Shown here: one piece after another, positions 49,225 through 57,767 of the stretch
Position numbering within the stretch: the stretch's first letter is position 1
How the letters are laid out: every line of letters starts with the position of its first letter
DNA from: a virus
Taxonomy: Duplodnaviria; Caudoviricetes
DNA: 59,431 nt
Reading direction: 5' to 3' (one strand)
Virus record (IMG/VR): IMGVR_UViG_3300014962_000006
Span: 1-59,431 of that record
Made by a program: the position numbers and the translations under genes
Notes under the pieces: generated by a model
Database searches by the model: none
What the model was told of the DNA's origin: nothing
Seen by the model: only the letters and a program-made list of their open reading frames with translations

Positions 49225-49491
49225 ATGAGACTCAGACTAGCGTTCAAACTTCATGGTGAGGAAGCGGAGTTAGCCCGGCAGATGGCCGATGCTGCAGGCA
49301 TCGAGCCCGATAAAATAGCCAAGCTTGCGATGCAAAGATATATGCAAGATGTAATGGACCGAGCTTACGCTTACCAAAAAGAAATGGAGAAGAACAATGT
49401 ATCAGGACAATCCAGCAATCCCGACTCAGTCAACTCTTCTGGAGTTGTTCCGTCTCCATCGGACGCCCTTCCTAGCCAGACACCAGGATAG
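49225..49491 (+). CDS. putative ribbon-helix-helix DNA-binding protein
   Basis: RLAFKL strand, helix, AG.EPDKIAKLAMQRY helix. Confidence 0.5.
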   Translation: MRLRLAFKLHGEEAELARQMADAAGIEPDKIAKLAMQRYMQDVMDRAYAYQKEMEKNNVSGQSSNPDSVNSSGVVPSPSDALPSQTPG

Positions 49492-49639
49492 CCGTCGGCT
49501 CTGGAAGATACTTGGCTTCGGGCCGAATGGTGATTACGTGGTTGGGTGGGTGGTCGGCTACGACAATCCGGAGTTGGTCAAGTTAAAGAAAGATGAACGG
49601 GCTTGGGTGTATATCAACAGTGTGGGACCGAATGAGTGA
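49397..49639 (+). CDS. hypothetical protein
   Basis: SD GGAG; overlaps the previous ORF. Confidence 0.45.
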   Translation: MYQDNPAIPTQSTLLELFRLHRTPFLARHQDSRRLWKILGFGPNGDYVVGWVVGYDNPELVKLKKDERAWVYINSVGPNE

Positions 49640-49646
49640 GGCCAGT

Positions 49647-50591
49647 ATGAGTTTACTTAATATCAATCTAACGAACTTATTCTGGTCCGGCATTGCTGAT
49701 GACAGGGAGAAGCATTCGGAAGGGGAAGTTGCCAAGCTTGGAAACCTCCGGGCTGGGGACAGCTCGGTCATGACCAAGGGTGGCGATATTATTGGGGGCT
49801 GTCACAGGAAGTCCTTCATTCGGAGCTTCGCTGGTATCGAAGGGGAAGTTCCCGAACCTGACAATCTACTGATGTTTGAGCTGGGTAAAGCTAACGAGTT
49901 GATATGGATGGATAAACTGAGACGCAGCTGGCCCGGAGCAATTAAGCAAGAAGAAGAAATCCCCATCAAGTGGACGACATCGAGGGGTGTTGCTGTTACA
50001 GGTCGACCCGATATCGTACTCTGTAAAGCGGACAATAGTCCTGTACTCGGCATCGAGCATAAAGCAATCTGCTCCATATGGACAGCGAGGGATGTATCCT
50101 TTGAAGTTGCACCGAAAGTTAAGCATCTTATCCAAGCGGCCCACTATGCGTGGAAGTTGGGAGTCCCTTACCGGTTGGTATATAGTCAATATACTAACTT
50201 CGCCATACCTGATTGGGCTGGTAAGATGTTTCCACCTTCTCATCCTTTAGTAGAAGTAAATGAAAAGGGTAATCCCAAACATGTCAAACCCCATATCACT
50301 GTCTACGAAGTAGGCTTCGGGCAGGGCAACGTTATCCAATACCGTATCGAAGGTGCCCCGACGTGGAGTGTTACCCCTTGGTCAACATCTGACATCGAAC
50401 GATTTTATGAGTACGTTTCTTCTATGACCGAGAAGAAGGTGCTAGGTCCCCGGCCGACACCGGTAAAGGTGGATGGCAAAAAGGCTAGCTACAGTGACTG
50501 TTCCTATTGTCCCCTGGTAGAAGTGTGTGATAAATATGAAAACAACTGGGAGAAGTGGCATGAAGAAGTCAGTAAATTTGGGAAAAGCTAA
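49647..50591 (+). CDS. Cas4-like PD-(D/E)XK exonuclease with Fe-S cluster
   Basis: N-terminal GCHR, GRPD...IEHK, Q...Y, C-terminal CSYCP...C. Confidence 0.8.
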   Translation: MSLLNINLTNLFWSGIADDREKHSEGEVAKLGNLRAGDSSVMTKGGDIIGGCHRKSFIRSFAGIEGEVPEPDNLLMFELGKANELIWMDKLRRSWPGAIKQEEEIPIKWTTSRGVAVTGRPDIVLCKADNSPVLGIEHKAICSIWTARDVSFEVAPKVKHLIQAAHYAWKLGVPYRLVYSQYTNFAIPDWAGKMFPPSHPLVEVNEKGNPKHVKPHITVYEVGFGQGNVIQYRIEGAPTWSVTPWSTSDIERFYEYVSSMTEKKVLGPRPTPVKVDGKKASYSDCSYCPLVEVCDKYENNWEKWHEEVSKFGKS

Positions 50592-50868
50592 TTTGTCCGA
50601 AGAGGAACTTGATGAGTATTATAAGGAAGCGGCTATGGACAGCCTCCTTTACTGGGTGAACTGTACCATATCAGCAGCGGGAGCCAATGCCACATTGACT
50701 ATCCTTACTGAGATGCTGGCAACATCCATTACCCACCTCGTCCCAGTGAAGCAAGTTGATAGGGCAGAGACAGTCATCTTGGACTTGATAAAGGAAAGCT
50801 TTGATATTGTGAGGGAGGGCAGTTCTGATGAGAATAAGGTGTCCAGTAAATCCCCCGACTTAAACTGA
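50560..50868 (+). CDS. hypothetical protein
   Basis: Coupled ORF; start refined. Confidence 0.55.
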   Translation: MKKSVNLGKANLSEEELDEYYKEAAMDSLLYWVNCTISAAGANATLTILTEMLATSITHLVPVKQVDRAETVILDLIKESFDIVREGSSDENKVSSKSPDLN

Positions 50869-50935
50869 TGTATCGGACACCTTCGGCGTCCTTTGTCGCA
50901 TGGTTCTGGTGCTAAGATAGAAGTAAAAAAAGTAC

Positions 50936-50962
50936 TAAAGTTTTTTTACGTTCGTCCGATAA
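50936..50962 (+). promoter_or_regulatory. sigma28 (FliA) promoter upstream of the SSB-like/PolA genes
   Basis: cTAAAGTTT, TAAA-N15-TCCGATAA. Confidence 0.85.
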
Positions 50963-51020
50963 GAGTAGTATGAATGAACTGAGCATGTCGCTCAGTCTGT
51001 ATCAAATGAGGAATAGTTTT

Positions 51021-51305
51021 ATGGCATTCAACAATCAGTCTCAAGGGAATCGTTTCGGTAACAAGTCTGCTGGTAAACCAGCCAGCTCTGGTACTCCCCG
51101 GGCCGCAGGTCCCAAGCCCGAAGTAGTTCTCTCCTCCGGTCTCTTCAAGCCCAAGTCTGAGAAGAGCAAGGCTCTCGCTTCCGTGGCCACGACTATCGAG
51201 CAAGACATCCCAGCTGGTACGACTGTGTATATCGACGTCTACGCGAACGAAGAAATCGTGGACGGGAAACCCACCCACAAACTCCTTATTAAAAAGCGTG
51301 CCTAA
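51021..51305 (+). CDS. small basic protein, possible ssDNA-binding (PC4/OB-like)
   Basis: SD GAGGA; SGLF...KS, N......KPTHKL pattern; biased codons. Confidence 0.5.
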   Translation: MAFNNQSQGNRFGNKSAGKPASSGTPRAAGPKPEVVLSSGLFKPKSEKSKALASVATTIEQDIPAGTTVYIDVYANEEIVDGKPTHKLLIKKRA

Positions 51306-51364
51306 TAACAAAGAGCGGTCGTAAAGAAGGCCGCTTGGTAGCCAGTCTTTGAGCGATTGGTACT

Positions 51365-51389
51365 GGGAGGTGTAGCGCCCTCCCTTTTA
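51365..51389 (+). terminator. terminator-like hairpin
   Basis: GGGAGG...CCTCCC then TTTTAT. Confidence 0.55.
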
Positions 51390-51632
51390 TATTAGTATGT
51401 TAGCTAATTACGAGTAGCGTTGGCGGGACTACTTTACGCAGTTGCTACTGGTAAAGACATAACTTCATGATATGAGGGATGAAATGATACTCGCAGTCTT
51501 CATTTACTTCTGTGCCCATCATGGTTTATTAATTGCCACTCCAGTTGTAATCAATACAATAGCAGTAGGTGCCGTGGCCACTACATATAGTGACAAGGTG
51601 AAAGTTAACTTGCTGCCAAAGTGAGGACATCC

Positions 51633-53837
51633 ATGGACCACGTTACCCTTACTACCCATCCCCGTTTCGTACTCATTGAGCCGAAACCGACACCCGCACG
51701 AACCGGCAGTAACTACCAAGTAGTGTGCCCCCCATGCATCGACCACGGGGAGCGGTTACTCAAGTCCGCCCTCGCTTCCCCGGTAGTGGCCATCGACTTC
51801 GAAACACGAGGCAACGATTACTCGCTCGTATTTACGGAGTCTTACGTAGTGGGCGTCGGCCTAGCTTGGGACAGAGGTAGTTGTTATTTCTCGACAGATG
51901 ATTTATCAGACAAAGAACTGGAACTACTAATTGAACTTTTGACCGAGCATAAGGGATTGATAGCCCACAACGTTTACTTTGACGGGGGGTGGATAAGGCG
52001 TGACCTAAGTCAGCATGCCAACTGGTTAGCGTGTACGTTCGGTCTCTACATGCAGTGCGCTAGTGAGGGTTTCGAGGGCCAAAGGTGGGGTCTCAAGGAA
52101 GCTATGGTGGACGTCTTGATGTGGCAATCAACCAATGAAATTGACTTGGATGAATGGCTGATTGCTAATGGATACAAGAAGCAGAACAACGCTCCCCTGA
52201 AAGGGGAAATGTGGAGGGCACCTGCGTCCATACTTGGGAAGTATTGTGTGTTGGATGCCGAGGCCACGTACTTACTTTACACGGAACACCTAGCCCCGCT
52301 TCTTAAACGGTTCCCCAAACTAGCCGATTATCACCGGCAAGATTTCTTGCCGCATGTCATGGTTCACATCGACCAAAAGATAGCCGGCATCATGACGGAT
52401 AGGAAACATTGGGTGGGGTATGCTACTGAGTTGGAAGCGGCTATCGTAAATAGTGAACAGACGTTCCGCAACCATTTCCTAGTCAAACCGCACGTCGATG
52501 CTTGGGAAAGGGAAGCCCTTGAGGGATTCCTCGCGACTGAGCCCCCCCGCTACAAAAAGAAAAAGGAACGGAAGGAACCTGCTAGGTACACCAAGAGTGG
52601 GGAAGTATCCAAGAACTGGCTGAAGTGGAAAGCCCTTGAAGAGGAGCCGCCAGTTGAAAGTCTTAACTGGAAAAGGTGGCATGACAAAAAGGTTGGTATT
52701 GAGTTTGGTATCGAGCCCAGCTACTCCTTCAACCTCCAATCGGGTGACCACTTGCGGTGGCTCATGTACGAGAAGCTCAAGCATAAGGTATTGTTGCAGA
52801 CCGAGAGCGGCTTACCTGCGATAGGTGAGGATGCTTTGCAAAGTATGGGAGACGTGGGCCAGGTCCTTATCGGGCGGGCGCTCAAGGTGAAGGAGCTCAG
52901 CTATGTATCGGATTATATCGAGCGAGTGGAGCATCGGCCCACGATTCACCCCTCCTTTAAGATGCCCGGTACTGTGACGGGTAGGCTAGCTGGGAAGTCA
53001 CCCAATCTCCAACAGTTGCCGAAGACGAAGGGTGCCCTGTCGGGTTTCATTTCCCGGCCCGGCCATAGCTTCGTCGACTGTGACGTGAACGCATTGGAGA
53101 TGGTGGTGACAGCGGAGCTGTCGCAGGATAAGAACTTGTTGGCTTTGTATGGGCCAGGTGCCAAGAAGAATGACATCTACCTCTTCTACGGTAGCATGAT
53201 GGCGGGCATTGGTCCGCGACTTACGTCGCTGGGATATAGTCCCTATGACCCAATACCGGAAGTAATGGATGCTACGAAGAAGGCATTTAAGAAGGAGAGG
53301 TCAATCGCTAAGCTCCTCATCCTGTCCGATAACTACGGCTCGGGAGTGAAAAAGAAACAGAAGATACTCTCTTTGAATGGTGTGGATATGTCCCTCCACG
53401 AAGTGGAGGATATGCACGATTCCCTCATGGCTGCCAAAAGCGGAGTGCTGGAGTATGTAGCTTGGTTACAAGATGAGTGGAGAGCGAATGGTGGCTGGGT
53501 TGAGAATGGGTATGGCCGCCCGATATGCGTCGATGAAAAATACCTTAAGGATATATTAAACCGCGTGGTACAATCTACTGGACACGACATCCTCCAACTA
53601 TACGCACGTATCGCAGCTGACTTGCTTACGGCGGCTGGTGTGAGTTGGCGTCCAATAGTGATGGACTGGCATGACGAAAGTATCATCGAGGTACCCGACG
53701 AACAGGTTGAAGACGCGAAACGAATAATGGAGATTGACGCATACCGGGAATTGAATAGAATTCTAGGTGGAACTTGTCCCCTGAAGGGGAGTGCTGCCGT
53801 GGCGAAGACCTTAGCGGGAATCAAATTAGAAGAATAA
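51633..53837 (+). CDS. polA: DNA polymerase family A with 3'-5' exonuclease
   Basis: ExoI AIDFET, ExoII AHNVYFD, ExoIII YCVLDA; TGRL...PNLQQLP; motif A DCDVNALE; motif B R..AKLLILSDNYG; motif C WHDES. Confidence 0.95.
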   Translation: MDHVTLTTHPRFVLIEPKPTPARTGSNYQVVCPPCIDHGERLLKSALASPVVAIDFETRGNDYSLVFTESYVVGVGLAWDRGSCYFSTDDLSDKELELLIELLTEHKGLIAHNVYFDGGWIRRDLSQHANWLACTFGLYMQCASEGFEGQRWGLKEAMVDVLMWQSTNEIDLDEWLIANGYKKQNNAPLKGEMWRAPASILGKYCVLDAEATYLLYTEHLAPLLKRFPKLADYHRQDFLPHVMVHIDQKIAGIMTDRKHWVGYATELEAAIVNSEQTFRNHFLVKPHVDAWEREALEGFLATEPPRYKKKKERKEPARYTKSGEVSKNWLKWKALEEEPPVESLNWKRWHDKKVGIEFGIEPSYSFNLQSGDHLRWLMYEKLKHKVLLQTESGLPAIGEDALQSMGDVGQVLIGRALKVKELSYVSDYIERVEHRPTIHPSFKMPGTVTGRLAGKSPNLQQLPKTKGALSGFISRPGHSFVDCDVNALEMVVTAELSQDKNLLALYGPGAKKNDIYLFYGSMMAGIGPRLTSLGYSPYDPIPEVMDATKKAFKKERSIAKLLILSDNYGSGVKKKQKILSLNGVDMSLHEVEDMHDSLMAAKSGVLEYVAWLQDEWRANGGWVENGYGRPICVDEKYLKDILNRVVQSTGHDILQLYARIAADLLTAAGVSWRPIVMDWHDESIIEVPDEQVEDAKRIMEIDAYRELNRILGGTCPLKGSAAVAKTLAGIKLEE

Positions 53838-53860
53838 TAAGATGCAAAGGAGAAACTAAG

Positions 53861-54085
53861 ATGATGACCCCGACCGAAGTATTCTTTTGGGTAGCCTTTA
53901 CGATGTGCTCTGAAACGAAGTTGATACTACCCCCCGGCGAGAAGGAAACAGCAGAGGACAGGTCTGCAGTAGCCCGAGCCAAGCATCACTGCCCGGAGTT
54001 GTATGAGAATTCCCCCTGCGCTAGGGTAGTGGAACGACGCGCCCACCTCAACTACTGGGTAACTTGCGGGGGATATGACAAATGA
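53861..54085 (+). CDS. Cys-rich hypothetical protein
   Basis: SD AAGGAG; C..LY..SPC...NYWVTCG. Confidence 0.6.
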   Translation: MMTPTEVFFWVAFTMCSETKLILPPGEKETAEDRSAVARAKHHCPELYENSPCARVVERRAHLNYWVTCGGYDK

Positions 54086-54288
54086 CCATCCTCGATACCA
54101 TTCATTACTTCATCCAAGAGCACCTAGATAGTACTGGGGAATACCCAGATGTACTCTACCTGAGGCAAGATGAGTATGACTTCTTCATCGAGTGGGCTTC
54201 AGCATACAAGATGAGTACAACTCACTATAATCATTACAGTCTCCCCCACAAAGTAAGAATAGAGTGGGATGGGAAGGTACTCCATTAA
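54082..54288 (+). CDS. hypothetical protein
   Basis: ATGA overlap. Confidence 0.55.
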   Translation: MTILDTIHYFIQEHLDSTGEYPDVLYLRQDEYDFFIEWASAYKMSTTHYNHYSLPHKVRIEWDGKVLH

Positions 54289-54298
54289 GAGATTCTAC

Positions 54299-54325
54299 TA
54301 AAGTTTTTTTACGAACAGCCGATAC
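54299..54325 (+). promoter_or_regulatory. sigma28 (FliA) promoter
   Basis: cTAAAGTTT, TAAA-N15-GCCGATAC. Confidence 0.85.
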
Positions 54326-54359
54326 TATAATAGTGTCCAGTAAGTGATAAGGAGACATT

Positions 54360-54857
54360 ATGAAGTATTGGTTAGTGACTCTCTTCTTGTTGGTTAGCTG
54401 TGGTACTACCGAGCATTGCCGAAGTACCCCAGCCTTTCACGGTAATGACGGGAAGCCCGGTCCCTGCTACCCTTCCCAAATAGCATACCGTATCCACCCC
54501 ACTGTGGAGTACGCAGTGGAACAGTTCGCAGCTGACGCAGTAGGCAGGGATGTTCCTTGCTACACTGTGGACACGGTGGGTTTCCTATCCAAGCTACCCC
54601 CGGAGCTGGAGGATAAAGATGTAGTCGGCTTCTGTAAGTTTCCCATCGAAGTCCGCTTCATGAAAAGGTTTTGGGACAACGCATCAGCCAATCAAAGGCT
54701 AGCGTTAGTCTACCACGAACTGGGCCACTGCGCTTTGAGACTGGAGCACGATGACACGATGCCAGATATTATGAATAGTTATCTACTACCCGAATACTTT
54801 GTTGAGAAAGAATGGGATAGTCTCGTCAATAAACTTTTCGAAAGGGCAAAGAGATGA
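54360..54857 (+). CDS. lipoprotein zinc metalloprotease (metzincin-like)
   Basis: Lipobox LVSC; HELGHCAL.LEH plus Met-turn IMNS. Confidence 0.8.
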   Translation: MKYWLVTLFLLVSCGTTEHCRSTPAFHGNDGKPGPCYPSQIAYRIHPTVEYAVEQFAADAVGRDVPCYTVDTVGFLSKLPPELEDKDVVGFCKFPIEVRFMKRFWDNASANQRLALVYHELGHCALRLEHDDTMPDIMNSYLLPEYFVEKEWDSLVNKLFERAKR

Positions 54858-55087
54858 GCAGTTCTTACGTCAAGGCTAGAGCAGACCAGAAGAGGAAACT
54901 GAAGGGTACCTATCACGATAAACTCTTCATTGCCGCAGCGCAAGTCCTACCTTCCGTGGTACTCCGCTCCCCTCCCGACGCTACTGAAAGTGAAATGGTA
55001 GATGAGGCTGTCATCTTAGCGCGGTCCTTACTAGCGGAACTTGGTTACAAGTATCCCGGGATGGGAGAAGAAAATGAACCCGAGTGA
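54854..55087 (+). CDS. hypothetical protein
   Basis: ATGA overlap; AV.LARSLLAEL. Confidence 0.6.
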   Translation: MSSSYVKARADQKRKLKGTYHDKLFIAAAQVLPSVVLRSPPDATESEMVDEAVILARSLLAELGYKYPGMGEENEPE

Positions 55088-55244
55088 TATGGACATTGCC
55101 GAGGAACCGATTAGGTGGCTGGTGGTATTTCCGGTGGGGTTACTGGCCTTGTCTTTGACAGCCTTCCTCGTGGCCATATCCTGGCCCCCTTATATCGTGT
55201 ACCGACTTATCCGGTACGCTTACTACATCCTCTCGGAGAAGTAA
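55074..55244 (+). CDS. small membrane protein
   Basis: Long hydrophobic stretch. Confidence 0.5.
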   Translation: MNPSDMDIAEEPIRWLVVFPVGLLALSLTAFLVAISWPPYIVYRLIRYAYYILSEK

Positions 55245-55245
55245 C

Positions 55246-55548
55246 ATGACAGTCTTTATAGTGGTCTCCTACTTCCTGGCCTTTGCCCGAGTCCAAATTG
55301 TCGAGAATGACAACGGTAACTACCGACATCTCTTCTCCTTTCGGGATAGTCAGAATAGGGATATCCTACTTCACTGGGAGGGGAAGACTAGACTCGGCGA
55401 TGAAGATACCCGCATGTGGATTCATATTCACGAAATGGAATGTAGTCGGGTGAATACTATAGATGAGATTGAGACGGGGGGTTCCCTTTATCAAGCATCT
55501 AGTAGGACTTGGCTATGTACCGCTAAACTTGTGCAAGGGGATAGATAA
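55246..55548 (+). CDS. hypothetical protein
   Basis: SD GGAG; N-terminal hydrophobic segment. Confidence 0.55.
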   Translation: MTVFIVVSYFLAFARVQIVENDNGNYRHLFSFRDSQNRDILLHWEGKTRLGDEDTRMWIHIHEMECSRVNTIDEIETGGSLYQASSRTWLCTAKLVQGDR

Positions 55549-56072
55549 TGATAAGTAAGAAAACGAAACTCTACCAGAATGTTGATAGATTGAAGGGACC
55601 CCTGACATACGGGAGTGTCCTCGTCATTGACCCCTCGATAGGGAGTACATCCTCCTCACCTGGGTGGGCCTATTACCAGGCCGGCCACAAGATTGACAGT
55701 GGTATTATTCACACCGGGGGGAGTCACCTCCACCTTTGGCAGAGGGCAAGGAAGCTTGGCCAGTCATTGAATGTACTATGTAATGAATACAAAGTGGATG
55801 TCCTTGTCTACGAAGATATCCCAGCTACTAGCGGCTTCAATCAAAATGCTATTGCTAGTCTTCTCAAAGCAGTCGGTATCGTGCTAGCATGTACTACAAG
55901 CTCCCACGTACTGGGAGTCCACCCCGCATCTTGGAAGAAGTATGTCAGACCAGAATATAAAAAAGGCGACGAAGCAGATGCCATCGAAATCGGACATATC
56001 GTTATCTCCCTCGCCAGACATATCCAAGCTGCCGGAGATACTGATGGTGATGGGAGTTCCCTTTCGGATTGA
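55548..56072 (+). CDS. RuvC-like Holliday junction resolvase
   Basis: VLVIDP...GWA, VLVYED, V.PASWKK, DEADAI.IG. Confidence 0.8.
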   Translation: MISKKTKLYQNVDRLKGPLTYGSVLVIDPSIGSTSSSPGWAYYQAGHKIDSGIIHTGGSHLHLWQRARKLGQSLNVLCNEYKVDVLVYEDIPATSGFNQNAIASLLKAVGIVLACTTSSHVLGVHPASWKKYVRPEYKKGDEADAIEIGHIVISLARHIQAAGDTDGDGSSLSD

Positions 56073-56343
56073 GCTAACCGATACCGGGGAGGAGAATGTC
56101 GGGGAGACACTCGGCCTCCACCGGAAGATAGCCATCAGTCAAGACCTTGATAAGAAAAGGATATGGTCAGTTTTAGTTCACGAGTGGGCGCACGCGGTGT
56201 TGTACGCGAATGGGGTAGCTAACATCTTAGACGAGAATGTCGAGGAAGTAATAGCTCAAAGTTTGGAGCATGCTGTTGAGGAGTTACTCAAGCAGATTGG
56301 CCCCGAACTAATTCACGTCTTTAGTAGTGAAGAAAGAGACTAA
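55942..56343 (+). CDS. HExxH metallopeptidase-like protein
   Basis: VLVHEWAHA...EE; start uncertain (overlaps the RuvC-like gene). Confidence 0.7.
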   Translation: MSDQNIKKATKQMPSKSDISLSPSPDISKLPEILMVMGVPFRIELTDTGEENVGETLGLHRKIAISQDLDKKRIWSVLVHEWAHAVLYANGVANILDENVEEVIAQSLEHAVEELLKQIGPELIHVFSSEERD

Positions 56344-56368
56344 AGTTTTTTAGTCTTGGTGCCGATAG
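56341..56368 (+). promoter_or_regulatory. sigma28 (FliA) promoter
   Basis: cTAAAGTTT, TAAA-N16-GCCGATAG. Confidence 0.75.
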
Positions 56369-56394
56369 TAATATTGTAGTACGGGGAGGCAATA

Positions 56395-56571
56395 ATGTAT
56401 TACATTATATTGTTCACTTTCCTTTTATCATCATGTGCCCATCCAGCGCCGAGAGAATGGTGGCCATCCGACCACCGCAAGATGATGGGCGAATGTCAGG
56501 CGATGTGCAGAAATCAAGTCAAGTCTTACAACTCCAATGGAGGGGAATGTCTATGTCACAAAAGAAAGTAA
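56395..56571 (+). CDS. 58-aa Cys-rich lipoprotein (not in track)
   Basis: SD GGAGG; MYYIILFTFLLSSC lipobox; CQAMC...GECLC. Confidence 0.75.
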   Translation: MYYIILFTFLLSSCAHPAPREWWPSDHRKMMGECQAMCRNQVKSYNSNGGECLCHKRK

Positions 56572-56900
56572 AACAAAATTCGAAGCCGGCTGAAGAGAAA
56601 ACACTACCGGACCCAGTTTGTAAAACGTACTTCCTCCTCGCCCCCGATGTAATTGACTCTACAGCTACGTACACTAAAAACCGTGTTACGGTTGTCCATG
56701 ACGAAGATTCCTACATACGAGTAATTGATAACGGTAACGGGTATGAGATTACTGATGTGAGTCCGAATGGGGGTACCAAGAAGATTGATATGGATTACGC
56801 TTTGGCCGCTGATTTGTTTGCCGCGCTTAAGATATTCTACCATAATGCCGGTAAGGTTAACGGCGAGTATTGGACCATCTTTCAAGGGGAGAAGCTATGA
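56553..56900 (+). CDS. hypothetical protein
   Basis: Start refined to MSQKKV, SD GGAGG. Confidence 0.6.
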   Translation: MSQKKVKQNSKPAEEKTLPDPVCKTYFLLAPDVIDSTATYTKNRVTVVHDEDSYIRVIDNGNGYEITDVSPNGGTKKIDMDYALAADLFAALKIFYHNAGKVNGEYWTIFQGEKL

Positions 56901-57193
56901 AAGCTACCCTATCATTCAATCTGCCAGAAGAGAGGGACGAATTCGAGACGGCGGTTAACGCCGGGAAGTACCGGGCTGCATTACAAGAAATAGCCCAGTC
57001 AGTATTCCGTCCTGCTAGGAAGCATGGCTACGCGGATGCCAGGATACAAACATTGGTGGACAAACTGGACCTAGTGAAGGTACCGTCGATGTACGGTTAT
57101 ACGGAAGAGATGGTTGGGGGAGGAACTGAACTAATTTCACAACTCGAGAAACTTTTCTATGAAATCTTGCAAGAAGAGGGAGTGGAGTTATGA
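56897..57193 (+). CDS. conserved phage hypothetical protein
   Basis: MKATLSFNLPEE..EF..AVN N-terminus. Confidence 0.7.
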   Translation: MKATLSFNLPEERDEFETAVNAGKYRAALQEIAQSVFRPARKHGYADARIQTLVDKLDLVKVPSMYGYTEEMVGGGTELISQLEKLFYEILQEEGVEL

Positions 57194-57411
57194 CCCAGGA
57201 AAAGAAAACATTTACGGTGCGACACTTACATACTGGAAAAGACCTGGGAATATTTGACACTGCAGAAGAAGCCAGGAATTTTTGTCAGGAGAATAAGTTA
57301 ACTCCAGTTACTATTCCCCATGGTCACCAATTTATAAGTCCTTTTCCGCTTCCGGATAGCCCCACTGACTTTGTTATGTTTGCTTATTTTGAGGAAGGGA
57401 TTGAACTATGA
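57190..57411 (+). CDS. hypothetical protein
   Basis: SD GGAG; ATGA overlap. Confidence 0.55.
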   Translation: MTQEKKTFTVRHLHTGKDLGIFDTAEEARNFCQENKLTPVTIPHGHQFISPFPLPDSPTDFVMFAYFEEGIEL

Positions 57412-57552
57412 AAGACAATGTCTATCGACATTGCAGTAGCTGTCAACGTACTGTCTTGTCTCGCCACTATAAAATACATATTTGCTCCAGTGTCGGTGAT
57501 ATGCTCCGACTAAAGGAAGAAATTGCTAACACGGTGTGGAGGACTAAGTAAT

Positions 57553-57753
57553 ATGAAGATACTATTATCTGCTAAGAATGCCATAGGGGATGTGGCTGAT
57601 TACGAAGTGGAAGTTGATAACTTGGTTGAGTTACAAACTGCCATCCATAAACTGTACGCGAGGCCTGGCATCACTAGGGTAACGATGCCCGACGCCACAA
57701 TAAATCTACTTGAAGAATGGGCCGACCAGTGGGAAGGTTTCGATAATACTTAA
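57553..57753 (+). CDS. hypothetical protein
   Basis: SD GGAGG; start refined. Confidence 0.55.
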   Translation: MKILLSAKNAIGDVADYEVEVDNLVELQTAIHKLYARPGITRVTMPDATINLLEEWADQWEGFDNT

Positions 57754-57767
57754 CAAAGGAGCGCACT

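Noticed and set aside
44781-50899. Hairpin family as further sigma28 promoters or integron attC sites
   Set aside because: The AA..CCGNTAC distance varies from 13 to ~70 nt (only 44785 fits 15); no RYYYAAC/GTTRRRY boxes and no integrase
51310-51390. tRNA or tRNA-like gene
   Set aside because: Three hairpins are present, but no acceptor stem, canonical TTCGA loop or CCA; last hairpin treated as a terminator
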